Positions 51,744 through 64,000 of a stretch of 64,000 bases of DNA are shown in pieces; position 1 is the stretch's first letter, and every line of letters starts with the position of its first letter. The translations under genes and the position numbers were made by a program. Origin of the DNA: Octopus vulgaris (taxonomy: Eukaryota); the NCBI GenBank assembly GCA_951406725.2, contig OX597814.1, positions 99,324,001-99,388,000 of the forward strand, given 5' to 3'. The notes beneath the pieces were generated by a model. It had not been told where the DNA came from. It saw only the letters and a program-made list of their open reading frames with translations, and made no database searches.

Positions 51744-52365
51744 GCACTCATACACACAATTCTTCACTGGCAAAAACGCCTGAATTATCGGCTTCGAACT
51801 GAGGAAATATTTGTCCAATGTGTATATTAAATGTTATTGTCTCGGCTCTTGGCTTTCTGAGCTCAAATATCAACAGCATCAACTTTCAATTCTAGTATTC
51901 ATGATTGAAGAGCCAGTCAAGTTGTGCGTGTTCTCTTTCAGTGTCTGCTTGCATCTCTTTCTACCTCATAGTTCATCTCTCTTTCTCACTTTTAGGATCA
52001 CTTCCAATGAGATGCTATGAGATGATTATTAGCTGTGTTCCCTCTACACTCAACGCCTGCGAGGGTACATTTAAGCTTTAAAACTAGAAAAGAAGGAAAT
52101 GTGCGCAAAAATAGGATTTTTAACTGAAGAAATTTGAGCGAACTCGCAGGGATGCCTACAAACTTTGCAAATATGAACAAAACGCGGAAAGAAGGAAACT
52201 TCTGCGCACAGCCACATCAACGAAATTAGAGTGAACACTGGTTGTTGGGATTAACCATAGTATTTCAATTCTCCAGGAAACGCGGTAGTGTTATGACCGT
52301 GAGCCCTCTCTTCTAGGACGATACTAAACAATCCACAGAAAAGAAGAGAATATGACGGAATTTAA

Positions 52366-52752
52366 TCTCTATATATATAAAGCTGAGGTTATCTGTGTAT
52401 GGCAGGTTTGGTAGCCTTCAACTAACACTATCTCCTCCGAGACCCTGAGGCGCAAGTTGACCAAAATTGAGAGTATGATAGGTTTGCTCTTCCTTCCGTA
52501 GGAGAAAAAATTCAGATCGGACCATGTTAACACCAAAAATTATTTATATCTAAAAGGTGCTTTTTTTTCTATGAATATTCCTATTTTTTACGATTTTTTG
52601 ACTGCTTTGTCGCCATTTTTCGGTGTATTTCAACCAGAAAAATGTTTACTTAAAGAGAATAACAAGCTACATAATGCGAAATTTTTACTTTTCTAAAATT
52701 CCAATTCTAAAGGGTTGAAATAAACCCGAGCAACGCCGGGCGATATTGCTAG
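52366..52752 (+). mobile_element. Complete non-autonomous Helitron (387 bp)
   Basis: A|TC start, hairpin cccgagcaacgccggg (52725-52740), CTAG|T end. Confidence 0.88.
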
Positions 52753-53019
52753 TAATCAATAAAAATAACGTATTCTCTGCATTATTTTGAAATTAATCGA
52801 ATTTTTAGGTGTTGCCTTCTTGAAATCTTTTTCTTCATTATAAATAAAGTGTATGTATATATTCTAGTGAGTGAACAAGTGAATGAAATTATCACTTTGT
52901 AGAAATTACAAAATAACGGTTTGATACAAATTCTAGGAGCTGGACAAGACAGGTTTGTTTCATGACCCCAGGAAACTTTCAGTTGCATAGACACGAATGA
53001 AAGTGTTATTAAATAAGTA

Positions 53020-53020
<1 letters not shown>

Positions 53021-53088
<68 letters not shown>

Positions 53089-53095
53089 TGTGTGT
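53021..53095. repeat. (TG)n
   Basis: Visible directly. Confidence 0.95.
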
Positions 53096-53999
53096 ACGTA
53101 TAAATTTGTGTATATATATTTGATATTGACATCTTTTTAAATTTAGAATTTTCGAATGTGGAAGAAATATGAGCATCATAAAAGCCACTTCTCTCTTTAT
53201 ATACATATACATATATACGTACATACATGCATGTATAATACATACATACACATATGTGTATTTATATATATTGACACATACGTACTTACACGCATATATA
53301 CATATCTACATACAAACAAAAAGACGTTTGTGTTTGTAATAATAAAAATCATGTTTAACTGATCCAATGATATTAAAGAAATTAAATGGAAGGAACTACA
53401 ATTACGTGAGTGAAACGATGCAAGCCCGATAAAATATTATAAGACGAGTATGCTTGCTATATTAGATGCCAGTATCCAGTATCCGCAATGTTAACAAAAA
53501 GGAAATCATGCATTAAGGACCAGCCAAAGTCATAATAATTATTCGCTGTCATTGGTTTATGTGCTCCAGCATACGACTCAAAACGTGTAATAAAATGAAG
53601 GCTTTAAGGCGTGTAAGGCAGTTGATGTCTTCCATGAAACTCTTTGTCTTATTCTGTTTTCCTTTAGCTCCTTGTTTCACTTACTGTCATTTCTGACGGT
53701 TTCAAACTCATATCCCCTGTCAGCCTACGTATTTCAACAAAATCATAATGAGAATTGCTGCTAGTAACTCTAGCTGCTCCTGCGCTGAAGCCCCTCGGCT
53801 CCTCAGGACTTTACCTTGTAATCGCCCAAAATCACTGAAGAGAAAGCTATTTAACTTGCTTTTCATTCTACTCTGGTTTTTCTCATTTCTACGATCGTTG
53901 GTTCCATCCGACCTTTCAGGAATAGTTTTCTCTCAGGCTATTTGTGAGTAAAAAGGGCCAGTCTATTCTCAATATCTTCCCAGTTTCTACCCATTTGGA

Positions 54000-54355
54000 T
54001 GTCTGTACGGAGTGCACATCAAACACCTTGACTGAGCCAGCAGTTCAGAGACAAAGCCTGCTATGCCACATGCTATCCCACATGCACTTTAGTGAGCACG
54101 GTTACAGGTCAGTAGTAGATTAATCTTGAGCAACGTCACATATCCTGGCATCGCACAGCTCAAATATTCCAAATCTTCTGCCAGTTGCAATAGACAGCTG
54201 CGAGAACAGTAGCGAACAATTTTGGCAAACAACAATGAAGTTCGTAGGATAGACCATCCAGTCCCGGCGATTTGCCCACCATACAGCCGCTCATCACGTT
54301 TGCTACTTCACCTGCTGATGTCAGTTTTTCACAGCATCCAGCGTCTTCAGCCACA
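54000..54355 (-). pseudogene. L1/Tx1-clade RT N-terminal fragment
   Basis: EVANVMSGCMVGKSPGLDGLSYEL...LAAVYCNW is the KSPGxDG motif that precedes the RT domain. Confidence 0.75.
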
Positions 54356-54589
54356 ATAAGAATGGTGGAGTTGATACTGGTTTTGACGATTATGGCAGTG
54401 GCGGATTTAGAGGTGCTTGTGGTGATGAGTTTTAACAATATCTTTATTGAGAGTGTCAGCTTATTTTCATTTTATTTTATGGCGCAATAAATGTTGATGA
54501 TATACTGATGAAGAATAGGTATTAGGCAGAAGTAGAATGAAAAGATGAGGGGATATGAATGAAGGAGCTGTAAAGCGAGACTGGCGGCA

Positions 54590-54678
54590 CAAGAAGAAGA
54601 AGAAGAAGAAGAAGAAGAAGAAGAAGAAGAAGAAGAAGAAGAAGAAGAAGAAGAAGAAGAAGAAGAAGAAGAAGAAGA
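54590..54678. repeat. (AAG)n
   Basis: Visible directly. Confidence 0.95.
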
Positions 54679-55138
54679 AAATCACCACCACCACTAACAC
54701 TAGCACTAGCAACAATACATCAATAATAAGTTTGTGTATGGGGACAGAAAAAAAGCAGGGGGAAGGGTCGGACAGGAAAAAATGTATTGTAAGAAAACAA
54801 ATTAAGATCGACTTGACTGGTGTTGAAATAATGCCAGTATTGGCTGGTGGCGGAGCGGATGTATTTATCGGATGGTGAGGTGTGGTGCCAAGTTGTGTTA
54901 TAGATTCAACGTCACCAGCTGAATCGCAAAAAAAAAAAAAAAAAAAAAAATAATAATAATAACACAGCAGAGCGTCAAAGTCAGTGATCTTAATGAAATA
55001 CAGGAATGAAATAAATAGGTAAATTGTTAGCAAAAGAAGAATTAGTAAGAATAGTGATAGTTTCATTGTTCGAAACCAAGACTTTTGCTTCGCTTCACTT
55101 GGCACAAAAAGATACCAAACGTCATATACATACATACA

Positions 55139-55189
<51 letters not shown>

Positions 55190-56043
55190 GTATATAGGTA
55201 CGTAGGTATGAGTTTATATATGTATATGTATGAGCGTATGTTAATGAGTTCTTGTATGTATGCCAGAAGATATATAAGTGTCTATCTGTGTAGGTAGGTG
55301 CTTGGTTTGGAGTGTGTACGTCTATGAGTTTGTGTGCGTGTGTGTGAATGTGTGTGGAGGTGTGTGTAATGATATGTTTTTGTGCTTTGCATATGTCTAT
55401 GTATAATATGTATGTGCTTATTTAATTCCTTTAGTTTTTGTCTGTCTGTCTGTTTGTCTATCTCTCTCTCTCTCTCTGACATACACTCTTACACACAGAC
55501 GCACATATATGCACAAACATAAAACACAAACACACATATATTATATTTTGCATCTCCAAGGGGTAAATGTTTAGTATTGTGTAGGAAGGTGTCATTATAA
55601 ACACATTTATATAGCATACGCATATGACCAAATAGCATTGCCAAACATTTCGCATAAATCATTTCAATTGCATGTCGTTGAAGGGGCAAAGTTAAATAAT
55701 GAGAAAAGAACTCGACCAACTCATACCTGCTTAATTACTTGGCTTCTTTGCTTGTTTTGCAAATGCAATATATTTTCTATACATACAGACAATGATAAAC
55801 ATACCTACATGATATATAAAATTCTATGTAGAAATCCCATCATGTACACATACAGATGAATGCCTGCCTTTACGAATACGTTATTACATATGCTTGCCTG
55901 CATCTATGAAAGGAGGTACGTTTCTGTAGGTAATATTGTGTTTTGTTTTCATGTACATGCACTAACCTAACTGCTTATACGTTTAACAATAATGCTATCT
56001 ATCTACCTATCTATCTATATTTATCTATATATTTGCAGATACA

Positions 56044-56131
<88 letters not shown>

Positions 56132-56174
56132 CATACATACATACATATATATATATAAAGAGAGAGAGAGAGAT

Positions 56175-56213
<39 letters not shown>

Positions 56214-56302
56214 TATATAGATAGATACATACATACATATATATATATCCATATACAAACACATATATATTATATATATATATATATATATACATATATA
56301 TA

Positions 56303-56361
<59 letters not shown>

Positions 56362-56455
56362 AAATATAATATATATATATATAATATATATATATATTAT
56401 AAAATGGAGAAAATTTTAGATCAACAAAGAAACAGATTGGATCAAATCTGTAGAT

Positions 56456-56806
56456 TATTTTTTAATACAAAACATGACATAACAATTCTTACTGCAGTTT
56501 CCGCTTCCAATGTCAGTCGGTGCCTTCGAAGCTATTGACTTCCAAGCTCTACGATGGAAGAGGGTATGATTTTAATATATTGAGCCTCTTGGCTTTTTCT
56601 CTAGTCCATGTTTTTTTCCTTTTCCCTCTTCTATTAGTTGATTATTTGGATGCTTTTATATTCACTCTGATGAAGCTCCATGTACTAATTCAAATATCGT
56701 ATGAAGATGAACTATGTTATTATCGTAATTCTTCGGTAGGTACCGACTGACATTGGAAGCGGAAACAGCCGTAAGAATTGTTATTTCATGTTTTGTATTA
56801 AAAATA
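56456..56806. mobile_element. Inverted repeat (arms of about 68 bp), probably inverted Penelope-type pseudo-LTRs
   Basis: 56456-56524 is the reverse complement of 56739-56806 with few mismatches; the right arm carries the 3' half of a hammerhead core. Confidence 0.7.
56664..56776 (+). ncRNA. Hammerhead-ribozyme motif with a long stem II loop
   Basis: CTGATGA (56667-56673)-a-gctccatgt...acattggaagc-g-GAAA-cagccg-TA-ag. Confidence 0.55.
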
Positions 56807-57108
56807 GTGTTCTCCATTTCCTGAATATTCAAATTTGATTGCTGATAAACTTTTGTTTATTCTGTTGTTACCTTATCATACGAGCATACTGTGCCTGGAT
56901 ACCCATGCCCAGAAATAGTACAGGTAGCTAATACCGATAGTAAATACGGATATTTTATCCATTAGTCGGTTAGTATAACCGCTAACTCTGCTTACCTTTT
57001 ATATATCCACATATACATATATATGTACATATACATACATACATACATATATATACATATATATATATACATACCTACATACACACACACACACACACAC
57101 ACACATAC

Positions 57109-57148
<40 letters not shown>

Positions 57149-57251
57149 ATATATATATGTGTGTGTGTGTGCACGTGCGCGTGTATATGTATATTTGTGT
57201 ATATGTTTATATCTATGTATCATGATATGCACGAATGTTTTACATTCGGAA

Positions 57252-58575
57252 TCAATGTTCTAGAAACGGAGTCACAGCCAGTTCCTTTCTCACATACTTT
57301 GCTGTTCCCAACAGAGCAAATTTCTGAATTAGTGCAAGTCTCGTTCTTACACCAATCTCAATAAGAGAAACGTTGAATCTGTTGGTAACGGCACCGAGGG
57401 CACCTAATGCAATTGGGATTACTTTTGTGGAGTCCCTCCACAGTGGTCGTATTTCCCAAACCAAATCCCGGTATTTTCCTATTTTCTCCTGCTCTTTGGC
57501 CGCTACATTCATGCCCGCAGATATAGCAACATTTATAATGATACACTTTTTTCTCTTCGCGTTGCATGAATTTCGTGATCAGGCTGTACATTAAAATCCC
57601 ATATAATTTTATTCTGGTCGTTCCCTATTACATTTTCTGGTTGATGATCGTACAATTTCTTCCTACTTAAAACCATATTTGACGAAATATATCAGAGTGT
57701 AGTGCCTTGGGCATACAGTCATGTCTTCGTCTATATTCCTTATCTGTCAAAAGACTACAGGATCATATTACGCGCATAACGGATTCCTCTTTCTCATTAC
57801 ATACTCTGCACTTAGCATTTTTCGTGGATTTGTCTATTTTTGGCCATAAGGATATTCGTCCGCAATGACTGGCTTTGAGCACCCATTATGAGCCTTGCCG
57901 TTTCTTTCTTAAGGCCTCCATTTTTCAGCCATAACCAAGACTCCGCTGCTGCGATATCCTGCGTTTGTCTGATACGCTTCATGCGTAGTTCTTGTTTTTT
58001 TTTCTCAGATGTTTCATTCTTTCCTTCTAATCCGTTGCTGTCTCTGCAGTTTCTTTTTTTTTCTCCTCTGGCAGCTGGAATCAGTTTTCTGAGTTGCTTC
58101 TCACATATTTTTCTATATCACATTTGGCCATCTCTACAGAATCTTCTATTAACATCAGTCCCCTCCCGCTTCTTCCGTGGTAAGTATAATCTATCGACAC
58201 TGTCTCTGGGATGTAATGACCTGGATATGGAAATTATCTTTCTGGTCTTACAATCTGTCCCTTAGTTCTTCCTTAGTTCAGTCCAGGAAAGCTGAATATC
58301 GTATAACAGAGATCGCCAATATTTTTACTGTGGAGATGCTTTTTGTCTCCATTTAGTTTTGAACCTAGAACTCTTTTTACTCTTCTGAGACATTCGTTTC
58401 TCATTGTCACTTTAATTTCTTACAAGAGGATTCTATCTGCCTCCGATATACCTAGGTACATGTAACAGTTACCCTCATTTATTGTTCGGATTGATATATT
58501 ATATGGGAGTTTAATCCCTTCTGATTTGGATATTTTCCCTCGCTTTATCAACAGCATCGCACATTTGTCAATAGA
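57252..58575 (-). mobile_element. R4/Dong-like LINE 3' region, degenerate
   Basis: IDKCAMLLIKRGK..EGIKLP..YMYLGISEAD; AKEQEKIGKYRDLVWEIRPLW..KVIPIALGALGAV..ALLGTAKYVRK. Confidence 0.85.
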
Positions 58576-58700
58576 AAAGAGAGTGGTGGTAGTGGGGGAT
58601 ACGTAGAAGTAAAAGAGGTTGCTGAGCAAAATGTGAATATAAAAAAGTTCTTGAATAAATAATGTTAAAAAGATTTTATTATTATAATAGTTATTAATTA

Positions 58701-59050
58701 TCTATCATATAAAATCCATTCTGTCTGTCTGTGTGTGTGTCTTCTAGGATCTCGGGCATCCTCCATCCGATTTCGCTCAAATTTGATATGTAGATACCGA
58801 CGGTGTCAGGGCGTGTATAAGTCTTGAAAAAATTACAAAAATCGATTCCAGGTGAGAATGCGATCGATAAAGCCGTGGGAACGTGCATTTGTACGCGCAA
58901 ATACATCAGCTGTTGCGATGTACTTACTGGTAAGTTAAACTCTTCGGTTGCATATTTGTGCGAATAAAATCGTTTTTCTTTGGAATAGCAAAAAGTATAT
59001 CTTTATTTCTTTTATTGCTGGTGTCTCAAATTTAGGTTAAATCAGTGTTT
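58701..59050 (+). mobile_element. Helitron-like 5' end (no 3' terminus found)
   Basis: A|TCtatcatataaaa + (CTGT)(GT) tract + ccgatttcgctcaaattt, same layout as the 5' end at 8505. Confidence 0.55.
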
Positions 59051-59051
59051 C

Positions 59052-59290
59052 TTAAAGGGGAGGCCTATGGGACGGTCGGACAAGTTGTTTTGGAGAAAAT
59101 TTGGTTTAAATGTTTGACAACTGAGCACCGTTCATTGGACGTTTTGCTCGGTACGTTATAAACTTATATGAAAATAAAGGCTATAATACAATGAATATTT
59201 TAACATAAAGTATATGCAATTTTAACCAAGTTTAACAAAGTTGATGGAAATTTTTAAAAAATCCCAAAATCGATTTTCCTAATGCGCAGC
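59052..59290. mobile_element. DNA-transposon-like repeat starting TTAA-AGGGG (Kolobok-like, tentative)
   Basis: 59084-59155 has an inverted homologue at 63921-64000. Confidence 0.45.
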
Positions 59291-59359
59291 GAGGTTACGG
59301 AATTATAGTCAAGACTTGTTTGAGCTGGAACCAACATTTTTGGGAGTTTAATGGAGAAG

Positions 59360-60735
59360 CGTCTTTGGGCGCTGGACGGACGGACCAGTTAAATTGCTCG
59401 GGGTCTGGTTTGGTGCAGACCTCCAGATGGACAAAAACTGGGGCGGGGTAACGAGCAAGGTGACTACTATCACTCAGAAATGGGCCGAGAGAAAGTTATC
59501 CCTGAAAGGTCGGGCACAGGTGGCTAACGCGTATATTGCGTCCATCATCTATTATCGCGTGACCGCTGTGCCTTGTCCTGGCTACCGTCTGATTACGCTG
59601 GAGAGTATACTCTTCTGATTCTTGTGGAAGGTACGCATCCCGTTGGTCAGGCGGTCTATCTGCTGTCAGCACCCGTTGTGTGGCGGCCTGGGCATGCTGT
59701 GGTTGATTGTACGCAGACATGCACTGAGGCTACGATATCTCCAGTGCTTCATTGACGGTGAACAGTTGTGATCGGCTTTTGCCAGACACATATTTTCGCA
59801 GCTGGTTTCCTTAACGAAGCTGAAGTCCTGATTAAAAGAGAGACCGAGTGGGAGCATTTGGAAGGTGGAATGTCATCAAGCGCTCGCATCCCCCAGCCAA
59901 TTGCGCAATGTGTTAGATGGTACGCCCACTTTAGCTTATTATAGAGGATTAGTGGAGGAAAAGTGCAACGACGTTCTCGGGGAGATCTTGGGCGAAGAAG
60001 ATCAGCTATTTGCTATTCGTTCTTTTCTGGAGAACTTTCAGTCCGGAACTGATGGATAATTTCCAAAAATCTAGTATCTGGCAGTGCTACCGGGAGCTTT
60101 GTTTGTTCGAGATAAACGTTACAGGCACGGAAGTGTCGTCAGCCTAGCATGTCCGAAATGCGCGCAGGACGACGAAACAGCTCAGTCGACTGAATCCACT
60201 GTGAAGATCGTCTCGCCTTCTTCCTTTAACCGGAAAGGAAAGACTGTTTTTATATGCCTGGTGGCCATGACGAAAGAGATTGTATGGTGGACTAGATTGA
60301 AGGGGCTAAAGATAAACACGTTTCTTTTTGGCCAATCCCTGATGAACTTGGAAAGGAAAATAATAATAGAGAGGGAAGTGTTGTCTTCTCGCCAGTTTCC
60401 TGAAAGGTGGATGAAAGTGGCGAGAATGGTGCGGGTGAAAGGAAATGAAAAAAGGCACCTGTCCCAAAAGTCAGAGTACCCATGGTTTTTATGTGGTCTT
60501 TCCATGAGCAGCCCTCGAACGTCTCGTCTCTATTGAGAATTACACATTGCTGACTTATTTTTCTTTCTTTTTCTTTTTATTTTGTTAGTCTTGTTTACAC
60601 GCAAGACCCTCACAACAACATACACTCACACACACACACACACTCTTTGTTTTCTCCTGTGCTAAACATAATGTTTCTCTTAATGTAAACCATTGTGGTT
60701 AATAAAGAAATAATAAAAATAAAAATAAAAAATAA
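59360..60735 (+). mobile_element. L1/Tx1-clade LINE 3' portion with A-rich tail
   Basis: LLGVWFG..NW...WAERKLSLKGRAQVANAYIASIIYY, FLW..HPLCGGLGM, CPKCAQDDETA knuckle; aataaa and A-rich end. Confidence 0.85.
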
Positions 60736-60757
60736 TAATAATCATCATCATCATCAA

Positions 60758-60811
<54 letters not shown>

Positions 60812-60812
<1 letters not shown>

Positions 60813-61535
60813 TTTCGATTCTGTTTCCATTTCTTGTTGAATGTCTTTCTGTCACTTAGGGCACAGCAATCTCATTGTATGCATTGTTAGGCAATTAAAA
60901 TAAAGACACTGAATTGTTCATTTACAAAGCCATGTGATAGTGAAAAGGAGGAAGAAAAGCAGAGAGAAAAAGGAAAAAAATAAAAAATTAAAAATTAAAC
61001 TAAGAAAATAAAAGGGAAAAAAGGAAAGAAAATTCACAGCGACAATATTTTTCTCAATATGTGTGACATATTTTTCTTTTTCGATCCTTCCAAGTGCTAC
61101 TACAATCACTGGTATTGTAACCGTTTAGAGATGCCACATCTTTTCCATTTCGATTAACAAATCTTTATATTTACCGAGCTTATCAAATTCTTTTGCCAAA
61201 ATGTTATGGTCACAAGTTCTGCTCATGTTTATCAATAAATAGACTTTATTGTTTTGGTCTTTCACAATATTTCACAATATCTGGTCTTATAGATTCGATG
61301 GTTTGGTCTTTACATATTAGAAAGTCCCTAAGAGTTGTTACATTTTCTCCGTCAGTTACACCTTCAGAGTACTACTTTTACCATTTGTCAACAGTTCTGG
61401 TTTTATAAAGCCAACTGGTCAACTCTGTCATGTCTTGATTTATACTCTACATGTGCTAAATCTTACACCCAGAGATTAGGTGTTCTACTGTTTCAATCCT
61501 GTCGTTGCAACATCGGCACTTTGGGACTACTCCAT
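60812..61535 (-). mobile_element. R4/Dong-like LINE Zn-knuckle + RLE fragment
   Basis: KCRCCNDRIETVEHLISGC, EYKSRHDRV, SIRPDIV, KEFDKLGKYKDLLIEMEKMW, IPVIVVALGRI. Confidence 0.85.
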
Positions 61536-62136
<601 letters not shown>

Positions 62137-62429
62137 AGTACTTTTAATATCTGCAGGAAGTGTATATATGGCGGCAACTGTGATCTACATTAACGTAACT
62201 GTTTGTTTCCGCCAAGCTTTGAAACATGGAATATAGACCACTCATCCAAGATTATTGCGAATTTCTATGTTGAGTCTATGACGAGCACAAATCTCATCCA
62301 GCATCCCTTTGGCGAAATGGAATACTTTTATTAAGGTATGCGTTTCACAACATTCATTGCTGAGATACTGCAAAATGAAATAGTTTGATTCTCTTACCGA
62401 ATACATCTTACGATTGACTGGTGTTCTGA

Positions 62430-62910
62430 GCAGGGAATAAATCTATGCTTGCTCGTTCACTCGAGTCTGTTCGGTCCGCCATTGCACGTAGAAGATCTTC
62501 TCGGGTGCACTTGGAGTCCTCCTTTATGTAAGTTCGATGTGGTCGACCAGCATTTGCATATCCAAAGAAGAGTGTCGCTGATGATCGCTTCCTTTTGTTC
62601 TTCAACCATCTGCAGTCAATCTTATTTTTCTTTCTCTAATGACCTGTGATATTGGTGGTAAATTACCATAGGGAAGTTCTTTCGTAGGTTGTCCAGAGCA
62701 TCTCAAAGCATTCTTATATAAGTTTCGTCACTTACTTATCAAGACGTTTCGTTAGTGTCCATATTGTACATCCATATTAGAACACTAACCGCACAACCGC
62801 CTGAAAGAAATTACTTTTCAAATTTAATGGAGGCTTAGATTTCCAGACTGTTAATAATTTATTTAATGCTTCTCAGGATTTGCCGATTCGGACATGAACA
62901 TCACTCGGAT
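62430..62910 (-). pseudogene. RTE-clade LINE C-terminal fragment
   Basis: RIGKS*EALNKLLTVWKS..LKSNFFQAVV and GRPHRTYI...EDLLRAMADR motifs. Confidence 0.7.
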
Positions 62911-63357
62911 AAGTCGTCGTTTGCGGTTTTGCTTCTGAGCTATGTGATTTGTCGACATTTTTCAACCATATTTAACTTCACAGTATTATTAACCTATAAT
63001 AGCTTGCCGCTTGAGCCATTTTGGTGACTCTCAACAAAAAGCATATACTGAATTAGTGACAAAATATAAAAAGATACAAAAACACTGCAGAAAAACCGAA
63101 ACTTGTTTTGTAGAAGCTCTGTTGACCCTTTTTGTCATCTTTACCCCACTTATAAGATCTTATGTAATCCACTGATGCAAAAACAAAAGAAATTAAAAGA
63201 AAGAAAACATGTATATATATATAGGCAAGTACATTAATATATATAGATATGCATGTGTATATTTTCTACATATCTACATATATACATGCATATGTAGAAA
63301 TATATACACACATACGTATATTAGTACATTCATATCTTTGTGTGCATGTGTATGTCA

Positions 63358-63455
<98 letters not shown>

Positions 63456-63920
63456 GTATACACATATATTACTAAACTAAATAAGCTTATGTTTACAGTA
63501 TGAAGGAAAAGGGCGCCAAAGTGTTTTTTTTCTCCAGTAACTGATTTATCATGTTGCAAATAGTAAACTGTGATTTTTTTAAAGTAATGAACAAAAACGA
63601 ATTATAAATTTCCTCTTTTTCTCGTTTTTTACAGTCATGCCTTGTTGTCCTAATTATAAATAAATATTTTGGTTATATTGTTTAATGGTATTGAATGTTA
63701 AATAAATATAGTTTTAGAATGTTTTATTAAATAGAAACTGAGCTTTTAGATTGGATTCCGGACTGGAAAAAATTTGAACTTTTAATGTATTATTTCACAA
63801 TCAGCACTTATTATGAGAATTAATACAAACAAAGGATATGTTGTGATGGCGTTATTCTTTGTCTGTCACGGCATAGATTTTTCTTAACTCAACCTCATGT
63901 AAGTACATATATATATATAC

Positions 63921-64000
63921 ATACGAGCAAAAGGGCCCCCCACCGTCCAATGGACGGTGCTGAGTTGTCAAACATTTAAACCAAATTTTCTCAAAGCAAC
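63921..64000. mobile_element. Inverted copy of the 59084-59155 repeat, cut by the window edge
   Basis: cgtccaatggacggtgctgagttgtcaaacatttaaaccaaattttctc is the reverse complement of about 59092-59140 with few mismatches. Confidence 0.75.

Overview
This is AT-rich eukaryotic (animal) DNA saturated with microsatellites, not a prokaryotic locus. The repeat families look like those of Octopus/cephalopod genomes; that assignment is an inference from recognised SINE sequences and has not been checked by search. Almost all ORFs in the supplied track are microsatellite artefacts. The window is mainly transposon remnants. It holds three tRNA-type SINE families (called A, B and C here), at least 7 R4/Dong-like (RLE) LINE fragments tied to (TAA)n tracts, and L1/Tx1, RTE and CR1/L2-like fragments. 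It also has Penelope-like remnants (a GIY-YIG fragment plus pseudo-LTRs with hammerhead-ribozyme motifs), a near-intact IR/DR Tc1 element (32595-34217), mariner copies, and Helitron/Helentron-type elements including a RepHel fragment. No recognisable host gene, rRNA, intact tRNA or CRISPR array was found. The best host-gene candidate is a set of three phase-compatible small exons at 50.3-52.0 kb that would encode a short secreted peptide. The most notable signals are the minimal hammerhead motifs (two share an atypical core), the Tc1 with only three disabling lesions, a symmetric Helitron terminus, and a pattern in which SINE-borne microsatellites serve as targets for other elements. I found no evidence for a wholly new biological system. 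Boundaries of degenerate repeats were read by eye and are approximate.
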